DNA of 64,000 nt from Acholeplasmataceae bacterium (GTDB lineage Bacteria; Bacillota_I; Bacilli_A; Acholeplasmatales; Acholeplasmataceae), in NCBI GenBank assembly GCA_963675245.1, contig OY775910.1:1-64000 (forward strand). Reading direction: 5' to 3'. The position numbers and the translations under genes were made by a program. Under the pieces are notes generated by a model. The model saw nothing but the letters and a program-made list of their open reading frames with translations. It was not told the origin of the DNA and did no database searches. Positions 19,252-28,760 of this stretch are shown piece by piece; position 1 is the stretch's first letter; every line of letters begins with the position of its first letter.

Positions 19252-19981
19252 AAAAGTATTGACATTACTTAAAGGTGAACTAGTCAGACTCAATAAGTAT
19301 CATGTCACTGCGATTTCTCTTTTATTGGCTTTTGTCTGGTTCGTTCTTTTATATTTCATTGAAGATAATGGTGTATTAAGTGAATTCTTACCAATGATTA
19401 TCATTGTTGATACAACGATGATGTCCATTATGTATATTGGATCTGTTTTGTTTTTTGAAAAAACAGAATCAACAATATCCACCATGTTAGTTACACCTGT
19501 TAAATACCAGGATCATATAGTTGCTAAAGTATTAGCGATTACGATTGAAACCTTATTATCAACACTCTTAATTGTTTTAGTATTCTTCTTTATTAGAAAC
19601 ATTACGATTAATTGGGGTGTGTTGATTGTGGCATTAATACTACCTACACTGCTATCGAGTTTAGTAGGTTTCGCTATTTCATATCATACAAAAGATTTTA
19701 CATCACTACTATCGTGGTTAATGGGATATGTCTTTTTGACATTCGTTCCAGTCATTTTATCTTATTTAGATATTGTATTTAAAGCAGATGCATGGCAATA
19801 TATCTTTTTAATTTTACCCGTTGGTTCTGCATTAGAAATAACATCTGTCGCCATGGGTGCTGCAATCACAGTTAAATTTTGGATTGCTGTTGGTGTGATG
19901 TCTATAGTGACAGTGTTATTAAACTATTTATACGTATTACCAAAATTTAAAGATTATGCTGTCAGACAAAGTGGGGTGTAA
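19244..19981 (+). CDS. ABC-2-type exporter permease
   Basis: About 6 TM segments and the GSVLFFEK..TISTMLVTP motif. Confidence 0.85.
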   Translation: MSKKVLTLLKGELVRLNKYHVTAISLLLAFVWFVLLYFIEDNGVLSEFLPMIIIVDTTMMSIMYIGSVLFFEKTESTISTMLVTPVKYQDHIVAKVLAITIETLLSTLLIVLVFFFIRNITINWGVLIVALILPTLLSSLVGFAISYHTKDFTSLLSWLMGYVFLTFVPVILSYLDIVFKADAWQYIFLILPVGSALEITSVAMGAAITVKFWIAVGVMSIVTVLLNYLYVLPKFKDYAVRQSGV

Positions 19982-19983
19982 TC

Positions 19984-20700
19984 ATGATTAAACGCGTATT
20001 TTTACATGAATTAAGAAGTATGAAAAGTGATAGTCTATATTTATTTCTAGCCGCTTTTCCTATCATCATTTCTGGTGTTGCAGCGATATTAATCCCTTAT
20101 CTAGAAGAAAACGCTGGTGGTCAATGGTCATTTTTAGTGAATGCAATGTTTCTTCTTTTAAATGGTTTTATGTTTGGTGCTGTGATTGCATTTTCATTAT
20201 TAGATGATCAAGATGACAATGTTTTAATGTCATTAAAAATTACTCCGATTTCCGCAAGATGGTATGTATTGATTAAGTTATTCTTCGGATATGTTTTTGG
20301 TATTTTGGGAACACTATTAATTATGGTTGCGACTGGTGCATTATTTGATCTTTCTGCAGATATTTCAATCATGATTCTTTTATTAGCACCTATGCAAGCC
20401 CCCATATATACGTTATTGATTGTTTCATTATCTAACAACAAAGTTGAAGGATTTGTATTTTTGAAGTCCACGTCACTTTTATTAATCGCACCTGCAGCTG
20501 GTTTATTTTTATCTAATTGGACTGAACTTCTATTATCTCCATTTCCAGCATATTGGACCACTAAACTCATTGTATCTGAACAAGGTTTACCGACATATAT
20601 TGCTCATAGTTATTGGTATTTCATTTTCGGAGTAGTCGTTCATTTACTGGTAGGTTATTTATTATTTGAAGTCTATGCAAAAAAGCACAAATTACATTAA
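19984..20700 (+). CDS. ABC-2-type exporter permease, second subunit
   Basis: About 6 TM segments with LLDDQDD..LMSLKITP and NNKVEG motifs. Confidence 0.85.
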   Translation: MIKRVFLHELRSMKSDSLYLFLAAFPIIISGVAAILIPYLEENAGGQWSFLVNAMFLLLNGFMFGAVIAFSLLDDQDDNVLMSLKITPISARWYVLIKLFFGYVFGILGTLLIMVATGALFDLSADISIMILLLAPMQAPIYTLLIVSLSNNKVEGFVFLKSTSLLLIAPAAGLFLSNWTELLLSPFPAYWTTKLIVSEQGLPTYIAHSYWYFIFGVVVHLLVGYLLFEVYAKKHKLH

Positions 20701-20738
20701 AAAAAGAAGCCTAACTATGATGTTAGGCTTTTATTTTT
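20699..20738. terminator. Bidirectional terminator
   Basis: AAGCCTAAC-N6-GTTAGGCTT flanked by A and T tracts, between convergent genes. Confidence 0.8.
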
Positions 20739-21210
20739 AGAGATCCTTTTTAGCTTTATCGCGTGCTTTTAATATTTCTTCTTTTACATATTCAATTGAG
20801 TCAATCGGATATAAAGTGTATGTTTTTTCACTCGTTTTTATGTTGATTTTCCCATAAGATCTATTCATAAAACGATATCTTAATACTCTTCTTTTGCGAT
20901 AAATTGATTCAACTTCCAAAATATCATAATAACTTATAATAACGTCTCGCTGTGGTGTGATATGCAGATGCAAACCATCATGATCAATTGTGATTGGCGT
21001 TTTTGGTAGAAATAAACCTTCACCATAAAGGATTAATGATGTGAAACTATAGAGTATACAAAGCGACATTAATATCCAACCATACGTTTGAACTAAACTA
21101 AAGTCAAATTGTAATGTCAATAAATAGATGATAATTATCAAAACAGGCATGAAAATTTCTAAATATAGTTCTATTAATCCTTTGATGGATCTTTCTATAT
21201 TAACATCCAT
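20737..21210 (-). CDS. 2-TM membrane protein with a PH-like C-terminal domain (paralogue 1)
   Basis: Two TM helices, then NRSYGKINIKTSEKTYTLYP; homologous to the neighbouring gene. Confidence 0.75.
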   Translation of the reverse strand: MDVNIERSIKGLIELYLEIFMPVLIIIIYLLTLQFDFSLVQTYGWILMSLCILYSFTSLILYGEGLFLPKTPITIDHDGLHLHITPQRDVIISYYDILEVESIYRKRRVLRYRFMNRSYGKINIKTSEKTYTLYPIDSIEYVKEEILKARDKAKKDL

Positions 21211-21240
21211 ATAATCACCACTTTTCTTTTATTATACAAT

Positions 21241-21267
21241 AAAAAACTCAGCTTGTTTGCTGAGTTT
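21241..21267 (-). terminator. Intrinsic terminator between the paralogues
   Basis: AAACTCAGC-N6-GCTGAGTTT with an A-tract on the plus strand. Confidence 0.7.
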
Positions 21268-21273
21268 AATTTT

Positions 21274-21741
21274 TTATTTCTTCGTTTGATATCTTTTATC
21301 CAGAACTTTTTTTACCTCATCAACTTTAGCTACTGGATAAAGTTCGTATGTTTTATTCATCGTCTTTATCGTCAATTTCCCATAAGATCTATTAACGGTA
21401 CTTAACCTTAGAAAAGTCATTCTAGCATTTTTTACTGCAATTATATCAACGATATCGTGGATATATACTTCTTCATCTAGATGTTTTCTTTTGTGTATAT
21501 GAAGTATGTCATTATCACCCTCAATAACGATGTCCGGCAATAAGAGTGTCTTACCAAATAAAACAAGATAAAGAATACTCGCTGCTAATAAGATACCACC
21601 AATAATATAATAAGATACATCAAATTGTGAAAAATCAAAATTGATGATTATAAGATAAACTAGAATTAATAGTGGAGGTAATACAATTGTTGCCCATAAT
21701 TGTATAAGTCCATTTAGTGACCTTTTCGCATATATGTTCAT
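21274..21741 (-). CDS. 2-TM membrane protein with a PH-like C-terminal domain (paralogue 2)
   Basis: Two TM helices, then NRSYGKLTIKTMNKTYELYP; AGGAGG RBS. Confidence 0.75.
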   Translation of the reverse strand: MNIYAKRSLNGLIQLWATIVLPPLLILVYLIIINFDFSQFDVSYYIIGGILLAASILYLVLFGKTLLLPDIVIEGDNDILHIHKRKHLDEEVYIHDIVDIIAVKNARMTFLRLSTVNRSYGKLTIKTMNKTYELYPVAKVDEVKKVLDKRYQTKK

Positions 21742-21764
21742 CGTAACACACCTCCTAAATTGAT

Positions 21765-22064
21765 TTATAGACTAAATTCTACTGAAACAAATACATCGTT
21801 AAACGCTTTAAAATGATTGTTTTCATGTGTTGTCATATAATCAAAGTTTTCCTTTACTTGATCCACATTTTCAATAATGATAGGTGTCGCTTGTACGATT
21901 TGATCATCAATATTGAGTTCTACTAAATCATGTTCTTTCATATATGCCACTTTATTGGATCTACCAGATGTAATTACAACGATTTTCCCATCTGGTTTCT
22001 TGACATAGTTCAAGTTTCTTGATTTGTCTTCGTAGTTTAATTTTAAAATACCTTTTGATGCCAT
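21765..22064 (-). CDS. Small hypothetical protein, possibly split-barrel (PNPOx-like) flavin-binding fold
   Basis: GAGG RBS. The VITSGRSNKV..M..H..VEL pattern resembles PNPOx-like proteins; the fold is tentative. Confidence 0.55.
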   Translation of the reverse strand: MASKGILKLNYEDKSRNLNYVKKPDGKIVVITSGRSNKVAYMKEHDLVELNIDDQIVQATPIIIENVDQVKENFDYMTTHENNHFKAFNDVFVSVEFSL

Positions 22065-22137
22065 TTAAACGCCCTCTCTTTCTTAAATATTCTAATTAAA
22101 TTATATATTTATTATAAAGAGAGTTCAAGTATTATAC

Positions 22138-23232
22138 TTAATTGTTATCTTTTCCATTACCAAATACTTGATTAAATTGTCTTGCTACGCGAACAAACGT
22201 CGTTGATCGAGATAATTCTTTCAATCGTCTTGCACCAACATATGTACAAGCTGATCTTAAACCACCTAAAATGTCAAGAACTGTTACTTTAACTGAGCCA
22301 CGATAAGGTAATTTCACTGTCTTTCCTTCTGATGATCGATATTCAGCAACTTCACCATAATTCTTTTTCATAGCTGTCTCAGAACTCATACCGTAAAATT
22401 TAACAAATGATTTTTCATCATAAATTGGTTCATTTGTTTCTTGATCAACTAATAGTGTATTTCTTCTTTCTTTGATGATATAACCGCCACCTTCATCATG
22501 ACCAGCAAACATACCACCTAACATGACAAAATCAGCACCACCACCAAATGCTTTAGCGACATCACCAGGGCAAGTGCAACCACCATCAGAAATAATATGC
22601 GCACTTAGTCCATGTGCTGCTTCTGCGCATTCAATGATAGCCGATAATTGTGGATAACCAACACCTGTTTGAATACGTGTTGTACACACTGAGCCAGGTC
22701 CAATACCAACTTTAACGATATCTGCACCACGTAAGATAAGTTCTTGTGTCATATCAGCCGTAACCACATTACCAGCGATAATTGTATGTGATGGAAATGC
22801 TTTTCTCACTTTTTGAACAAATTCACCAAAATGTTCTGAATATCCATTAGCAACATCTATACAAATAAATTCGATTTTAGGAAATGTATCTAAAATCGTT
22901 TTTAAATGATTAAAATCATTCGCGCTTGTTCCAGTACTAACTGCAAAGTTTGCTGGATTTAAAGCGTCAATGTGTGGTTTTAATTCTTCAACTGTAACAG
23001 TCTTTACTAAACATGTAAAAAGTCCATGTTCTTGTAAAGCTAAAGCCATATCTATGGTACCTACACCATCCATATTAGCTGCCATGATTGGTATATCGTG
23101 ATACGTTTTTTTACTGTGTCTAAATGTATATGTCCGATTTAGATCAACATCTTTTCTACTTTTCAAAGTAGAACGTTTAGGACGGATTAACACATCTGCA
23201 AAATCTAATTTATGCTCATCTTCAATTCTCAA
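22138..23232 (-). CDS. guaC: GMP reductase, type 1 (E. coli/eukaryote-like)
   Basis: TTG start giving [56 protein letters not shown] and YRSSEGK motifs. Confidence 0.95.
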   Translation of the reverse strand: MRIEDEHKLDFADVLIRPKRSTLKSRKDVDLNRTYTFRHSKKTYHDIPIMAANMDGVGTIDMALALQEHGLFTCLVKTVTVEELKPHIDALNPANFAVSTGTSANDFNHLKTILDTFPKIEFICIDVANGYSEHFGEFVQKVRKAFPSHTIIAGNVVTADMTQELILRGADIVKVGIGPGSVCTTRIQTGVGYPQLSAIIECAEAAHGLSAHIISDGGCTCPGDVAKAFGGGADFVMLGGMFAGHDEGGGYIIKERRNTLLVDQETNEPIYDEKSFVKFYGMSSETAMKKNYGEVAEYRSSEGKTVKLPYRGSVKVTVLDILGGLRSACTYVGARRLKELSRSTTFVRVARQFNQVFGNGKDNN

Positions 23233-23419
23233 ATTACTCAACCCCTTTTTCATTGATACGCATCTATTATACACGATAATCTTTAGATAAGACATATATT
23301 TAAGTAGTAATTAAAAATGTTCTATACTATCATGTTAGTTAAAGTTTGAAAGATTGCAATCAATCATAATAAAGGGTATAATCAAACCATAATAAGATAG
23401 TCGATAAGGAGGAACTTAT

Positions 23420-24109
23420 ATGGCTCAAGCTCGTTATGGATATGGTTGGTTGCTGAAATTAATTTTAGCAGCGGTTTTACTTGGTGTCGGTATTTATATG
23501 GCATTTGCCGATCAAGTTGTATATGCGATTACAGGAGTATCTATCATTGTATTTTCATTACTTCGTGTGTATCCTCTACTGAAAACACTCAATAAAGAAG
23601 TTTTACGTATGATCAATTTAGTTGAAATTGTATTGGATGCATTAATTGGTGTTGCATTACTGCTCATTGCCATCTATAAAGCAGATGAATTAAGTGGTTC
23701 AAACGCATGGTCTTATATCTTTAGATATGCTTTAGTATTCTTCTTTTATGCGAGAGGTCTTGTTTATTTTCATTCAGTCGTATTTTTTGATGAAAAAACA
23801 GAAATCCCTAAGTTCTGGGTACATATCGTTGCAATATCATTAGGAGCAATCTTAATTGTCAGTCCTAATTTCTCTTATAGTACTGTTGGTATTATTTTCT
23901 TGATAATTGCCCTTATAGGTGCAATTTACCTTGGTTACGATGGTTTTGGTGGTTATCAAAAATATCGTGAGTTTTCAAAAGAACTCAATGAAGGTAAATC
24001 CAAAGAAAAAGAAAAAGGTAAATCAAATGAAAAACAATTACCTGCTGCTGAAAAGAAACCTGTTATTGAAGAACCTGAAGAAGATAAGCCTAGACCTTAT
24101 GTCAATTAA
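23420..24109 (+). CDS. Six-TM membrane protein (HdeD/DUF308-like) with a charged tail
   Basis: AAGGAGG RBS, six hydrophobic segments, K/E-rich C-terminus. Confidence 0.7.
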   Translation: MAQARYGYGWLLKLILAAVLLGVGIYMAFADQVVYAITGVSIIVFSLLRVYPLLKTLNKEVLRMINLVEIVLDALIGVALLLIAIYKADELSGSNAWSYIFRYALVFFFYARGLVYFHSVVFFDEKTEIPKFWVHIVAISLGAILIVSPNFSYSTVGIIFLIIALIGAIYLGYDGFGGYQKYREFSKELNEGKSKEKEKGKSNEKQLPAAEKKPVIEEPEEDKPRPYVN

Positions 24110-24132
24110 AAAGCGTTCTAAACGCTTTTTTT
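24108..24132 (+). terminator. Intrinsic terminator
   Basis: AAAAAGCGTT-CTA-AACGCTTTTT followed by TT. Confidence 0.65.
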
Positions 24133-24142
24133 AAGGAGTTTT

Positions 24143-25063
24143 ATGACTAGAAAAGCACATATCGCTGGAATTGGGTTTTCTATCATTTTTGGATTCTCAT
24201 TCTTATTCTCAAAATTAGCACTTGATCATGTCTCTCCGATGGGTCTTTTGGCATATCGTTTTCTATTTGCTTTCTTGGTTTTTTATATGCTGAAACTAAC
24301 TAAAATCATTATATTCAAATTTGAGCGCCGTATGCTGTTTGCACTATTACCCGTTATTATATTTCAACCAGTACTATATTTTATTTTTGAAACTTATGGA
24401 TTAAATCTCACAACAAGTGGTGAGGCAGGATTAATGATTGCATTAATTCCTATTTGTGTAGCATTACTGAGTGCTTTGTTACTTCGAGAAAAACCTTCTT
24501 TCTGGCAAATCTTATTTATTTCCATCAGTGTGTCAGGTGTTATTCTTATTCAAACGTATAAGAGTTTTGAACTGAATAGCTCTATTTGGGGATTTATTCT
24601 ATTATTCGGCGCTGTTTTATCAGCTGCTTTTTATAACATAACATCAAGAAAAGCTAGTCAGTCTTATAAAGCATCTGAAATCACTTATCTCATGATGATT
24701 GCAGGTGCAATCTCATTTAATCTCATTTATATGGTAGAACTACTGATGAATGGTTCAATCGTTGCTTATGTGACCGTATTATTTAATTGGCAAGTGTTCT
24801 TACCTGTTTTTGTTCTAGGTGCGATTGTATCAACCGCTGGTTTTTTCTTAGTCAATTACACATTGCATCACATGCCTGCACACATTTCTTCTATTTATAC
24901 AAATTTATCAACTGTGGTTGCACTCATAGCTGGTATGCTATTTTTGCAAGAAACCATTAGTCTATTTCATATTCTAGGAAGTATACTTATCATTAGTGGT
25001 GTCTATGGGACAATCATCATCCAAAATAAAAAGGCCGCTAAAGAAGCAGCCTCAGGTACGTAA
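24143..25063 (+). CDS. DMT/EamA family transporter
   Basis: 10 TM segments in two repeats; IFGFSFLFSK, LAYRF, FETYGL and LREK motifs. Confidence 0.92.
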   Translation: MTRKAHIAGIGFSIIFGFSFLFSKLALDHVSPMGLLAYRFLFAFLVFYMLKLTKIIIFKFERRMLFALLPVIIFQPVLYFIFETYGLNLTTSGEAGLMIALIPICVALLSALLLREKPSFWQILFISISVSGVILIQTYKSFELNSSIWGFILLFGAVLSAAFYNITSRKASQSYKASEITYLMMIAGAISFNLIYMVELLMNGSIVAYVTVLFNWQVFLPVFVLGAIVSTAGFFLVNYTLHHMPAHISSIYTNLSTVVALIAGMLFLQETISLFHILGSILIISGVYGTIIIQNKKAAKEAASGT

Positions 25064-25075
25064 GTACCTTTTTTT
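25054..25075 (+). terminator. Intrinsic terminator
   Basis: AGGTAC-GTAA-GTACCT followed by T6. Confidence 0.6.
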
Positions 25076-26075
25076 ATGCCTTGTTTTTAAGTGGTCTAAA
25101 TAGTTTCTTCCATTGTGTGAATAAATCACCAATATTACCTAAGACGATAAGTACTGTTAATACGATAATCAGAATATGAATAGCATTTGCTAACTCTAAT
25201 ACTGACATACCCGCATTTTGAGCTGCTCTAGTAATAAATAAATCTGTGATAAATCCGTTACTCTGAATCATAATAATCGTGAAAATAGCACTTAATACTT
25301 GTCCAAATGTATAGATTAGTAGCATAGATATAGTATATCTTTTTTGTATAATTAGAAGAACTTGTGATATTAAAACTATGACTGGTCCAGCGATGAGGAA
25401 CATGATATAAGGCGATATCACATCCATACCAAATAATGGAGCAACTAAGATATCATTTTGATAAATACCAAAACGTTCTAAGTAGTAAAGTAGAATAACG
25501 ATCATCGCTGTTGTTGCGATCACTTGAAATACTAATCCAACGATTGCTTTACTTTGCTTATATGAAGTTGTTTTATAATCTTTTGGTACTTCCATCAAAT
25601 CTTTTAACTTCCAAGGTTTAGCCATCTTTCTAACTTTATCACTAGACGCTACCCAAAAACCGATCGTTACAACTGCAAATCCGATGACGACAGCATTAAA
25701 AGTCGCATTTAGCACATGCTCAATCACAAACCATATGGCTTGCCATACAGTGTTTTGATCAATAGATAGTAACGCATCAAGTGCACTGAAAAATAATGCA
25801 AATATACCTACTGCTACTAAACCAATTTTTAATGCAATTTGATAATCTGCATAAAATTCAGGTGCAATCACATATCGTTTCCGATCATCATAGTTACTGG
25901 CAATATCTCTAGGATGGCCTAATTCATGTAATACTTGATCGATTTCTTCATCACTTGGATTTTCAGATAACATGTCAGAAATGTGTGCTTGCAATTCTGC
26001 TTCCACTTCATCTCTAGCATCCTCAGGTAATCTTCTCGTTACAGCATAAATATAGCGTTTAACATAATCCTTCAT
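25074..26075 (-). CDS. Membrane protein with an N-terminal HAAS-type signalling domain
   Basis: YIYAVTRRLP..R.EV..EL..HISDML and ELGHPRDIA motifs, then multiple TM helices; follows PadR. Confidence 0.85.
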   Translation of the reverse strand: MKDYVKRYIYAVTRRLPEDARDEVEAELQAHISDMLSENPSDEEIDQVLHELGHPRDIASNYDDRKRYVIAPEFYADYQIALKIGLVAVGIFALFFSALDALLSIDQNTVWQAIWFVIEHVLNATFNAVVIGFAVVTIGFWVASSDKVRKMAKPWKLKDLMEVPKDYKTTSYKQSKAIVGLVFQVIATTAMIVILLYYLERFGIYQNDILVAPLFGMDVISPYIMFLIAGPVIVLISQVLLIIQKRYTISMLLIYTFGQVLSAIFTIIMIQSNGFITDLFITRAAQNAGMSVLELANAIHILIIVLTVLIVLGNIGDLFTQWKKLFRPLKNKA

Positions 26076-26077
26076 TG

Positions 26078-26410
26078 TTATTCCTCCTTAAATAATTGAT
26101 TCATTTCTAAAACAATATCTTGCCAAGCACGTTTTAATGCATCCAATGTCTCTTTTCCATGTTCATTTAGTTGATAATATTTTCTTGGTCTAGATTCTGA
26201 TGTGTCCCAAGTACTTTCTAGTAAACCTTGAGAATCTAATCGTCTTAATAGTGGATATAATGTGCCTGCTTCAATGGTTACACCTCGCTCTTCTAGTTTT
26301 TGTAATAAACTGTAACCATACTGAGATTCTTTTAAAGCCTCTAGTACCATGAGTATTTGAGTACCTCTTCTTAATTCTGTTGTGATAGACTCTAATATTT
26401 TGTTTTCCAT
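26078..26410 (-). CDS. PadR family transcriptional regulator
   Basis: ELRRG, YGYSL, GTLYPLLRRL and RPRKYY motifs; start at MENKIL. Confidence 0.95.
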   Translation of the reverse strand: MENKILESITTELRRGTQILMVLEALKESQYGYSLLQKLEERGVTIEAGTLYPLLRRLDSQGLLESTWDTSESRPRKYYQLNEHGKETLDALKRAWQDIVLEMNQLFKEE

Positions 26411-26433
26411 TGGCAATCTCACCTTTCTCATTC

Positions 26434-26463
26434 ATTATACTGTATGTCATACACTATTGTCAA
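26434..26463 (-). promoter_or_regulatory. padR promoter with a palindromic operator
   Basis: Minus strand TTGACA (26458-26463), 18 bp, TATAAT (26434-26439). The inverted repeat ATACTGTATG-T-CATACACTAT (9 of 10 matching) fills the spacer. Confidence 0.75.
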
Positions 26464-26490
26464 TAAATTAATATAATTTTACATACACAC

Positions 26491-26517
26491 AAAAAAGAAT
26501 CCTACAAAGTAGGATTC
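26491..26517 (-). terminator. Intrinsic terminator after marR
   Basis: GAATCCTAC-AAA-GTAGGATTC with A6 on the plus strand. Confidence 0.75.
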
Positions 26518-26520
26518 AAT

Positions 26521-26934
26521 TTATAATGCATCTGTCATTTTCTTGACAATACGTTGGAATTCGCTCATTTCATCATCTGTTAAGACCGAGAAGATTCGCT
26601 TTTGAATATTTTTTCCTGCAATTTTCATTTCATGAGCAATGGTTTCACCTTTAGGCGTAATAAAATATTTATTTTTATAACCACTGTCGTTTTCTTGGAT
26701 GACAAAACCACGTTCTTCAAGATCTTTTAATGTTCTAGAAATATGTGCACGATTAAAGTCTAGTTTTCTTGCAAGTTCTGATTGATATAATCCATTTTCG
26801 TTTTCACTCAACAAAAACACAAATGATACATGCACTTTGGTTAAGTCATGTTTTTCTAAAATTTTAGAATGTTCTTCCATCATTTTTTTATGCATTCGAT
26901 GGAAGAAAACTGGTAGAAACGGTTTATTTTTCAT
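26521..26934 (-). CDS. MarR family transcriptional regulator
   Basis: QSELARKL..RAHISRTLKDLEERGFV and ITPKG winged-HTH pattern. Confidence 0.92.
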   Translation of the reverse strand: MKNKPFLPVFFHRMHKKMMEEHSKILEKHDLTKVHVSFVFLLSENENGLYQSELARKLDFNRAHISRTLKDLEERGFVIQENDSGYKNKYFITPKGETIAHEMKIAGKNIQKRIFSVLTDDEMSEFQRIVKKMTDAL

Positions 26935-26939
26935 TATTA

Positions 26940-28760
26940 TCACATCTCAAACTGACTATTATATAGATCAGCATAGAAACCTTTTTGAGCTAGCAATTCT
27001 TCATGTTTACCACGTTCAATCACATTACCGTTATTTAACACTAGAATAATGTCTGCATTTTTAATCGTTGATAAACGGTGAGCAATAACAAAGGTAGTTC
27101 GACCTTTCATGAGTTCATCCATCGCATTTTGAATCAGGATTTCAGTTCTCACATCAACCGATGAAGTCGCTTCATCAAGGATAAGCATGGGTGCGTCTGT
27201 AACCATTGCTCTAGCAATTGTCATAAGTTGCCTTTGACCTTGAGATATTGATGAATTTTCACCGAGTTCCATATCGTAACTATGTGGCAATGATTTAATG
27301 AAATGATGGACATTAGCCGCTTTTGCTGCATTAACTATTTCTTCATTAGTCGCAAACTGTCTTCCATAACTTAAATTATCTTTAATTGATCCTTTAAATA
27401 ACCATGTATCTTGAAGTACCATACCAAAATATTTATGTACTTCAGCACGTGTCATCCGTCTAGTCGATAATCCATCAATCAAAATATCACCCGAATTAAC
27501 TTCATAAAAACGCATGAGCAAATTAACAAGAGTGGTTTTACCTGCGCCTGTTGGACCAACAATCGCTACTTTCTGTCCAGGTTTGACATCAAGATTAAAG
27601 CCATGAATAATTTCATTTCCTTCTTCATATCCAAAATGAACATCTTTAAATTGAACATGTCCTTTAAAGTCCTTAATGGTTTCACTATCAATTTCAATAG
27701 ACATTTCTTCTAAACTTAAGAACTCAAATACGCGTTCACTAGCTGCTAGTGCGGATTGAACTTGTGTTAAACTTTGGGCAATTGTTCCTAAGGGTTGGTT
27801 TAATCTTCTATTATATTGTAACAATGCTGAGATGTCACCAATACCAATCACACCATTTACACCATAAGCAGCACCAACAACAGCAATTAATACATAACCA
27901 ATATTACCGACAAAGTTCATAATCGGGAACATTAAACCAGAAAAGAATTGTGATTTCCAAGCTGTATTTAATAGTTTTTTATTATGAGTTTCGAATGTTT
28001 CCATAAATGCATCTTCTGCTTCATACACTTTTAGGATTTGTTGACCACTATAACTTTCCTCAATATGACCATTCAAATCACCCAAATAATTTTGTTGTTG
28101 CTTAAAGTATTTTTGAGAACGTTTCATGATGAATTGTAAAACGAAGGTTGAAAGTGGAATAACTGCAATAGCAATTAAAGCAATCACCCAATGAATCACA
28201 AACATCATAACGACTACACCAATAATAGTTGTAACTGCTGTGGTTAATTGGCTCACTGAGTTATTCATTGCTTGACCAATCAAATCAATGTCATTTGTCA
28301 TTCTAGATAAAGTATCACCATGACTAGTTTTATCAAAATAGCTGAGCGGTACTCTATCCATCTTGGCAAATATATCAGTGCGCATTTGTTTCGTTAATTT
28401 TTGAGTAGTTCTAGCAATAAGTAAACCTTGAATTAAATTGAATGCATAACTAGCAATATAGATACTGGCTAATATGAATGTAAGATTCAGTATATATGTC
28501 GTATCTATTTGACCACCTATATAAACTGTATCTTGAATGTAATTCATGACATCAGCAATGATGTATGGTCCAGCAATATTTAAACCTGCTGCTAATATTG
28601 CAAATGCAATAACAAAAGATAAAACAACACGATAAACTTCTATATATGCATATAATTTTTTAAATGATTTTTTAAATGACTTTGGTTTTTGGGCAATCAT
28701 ACCACTACCTGGTCCATGCATTTGAGGACCACGACTACGTCTTTCACTACGCTCAGACAT
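26940..28760 (-). CDS. Heterodimeric multidrug ABC exporter, consensus-site subunit
   Basis: TM domain plus GPTGAGKTT, ISQGQRQL, LDEATSS and IAHRLST motifs; start at MSERSE. Confidence 0.93.
   Translation of the reverse strand: MSERSERRSRGPQMHGPGSGMIAQKPKSFKKSFKKLYAYIEVYRVVLSFVIAFAILAAGLNIAGPYIIADVMNYIQDTVYIGGQIDTTYILNLTFILASIYIASYAFNLIQGLLIARTTQKLTKQMRTDIFAKMDRVPLSYFDKTSHGDTLSRMTNDIDLIGQAMNNSVSQLTTAVTTIIGVVVMMFVIHWVIALIAIAVIPLSTFVLQFIMKRSQKYFKQQQNYLGDLNGHIEESYSGQQILKVYEAEDAFMETFETHNKKLLNTAWKSQFFSGLMFPIMNFVGNIGYVLIAVVGAAYGVNGVIGIGDISALLQYNRRLNQPLGTIAQSLTQVQSALAASERVFEFLSLEEMSIEIDSETIKDFKGHVQFKDVHFGYEEGNEIIHGFNLDVKPGQKVAIVGPTGAGKTTLVNLLMRFYEVNSGDILIDGLSTRRMTRAEVHKYFGMVLQDTWLFKGSIKDNLSYGRQFATNEEIVNAAKAANVHHFIKSLPHSYDMELGENSSISQGQRQLMTIARAMVTDAPMLILDEATSSVDVRTEILIQNAMDELMKGRTTFVIAHRLSTIKNADIILVLNNGNVIERGKHEELLAQKGFYADLYNSQFEM

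Noticed and set aside
23233..23419. Guanine riboswitch upstream of guaC
   Set aside because: No three-way-junction consensus is visible; the region reads as AT-rich divergent promoters.
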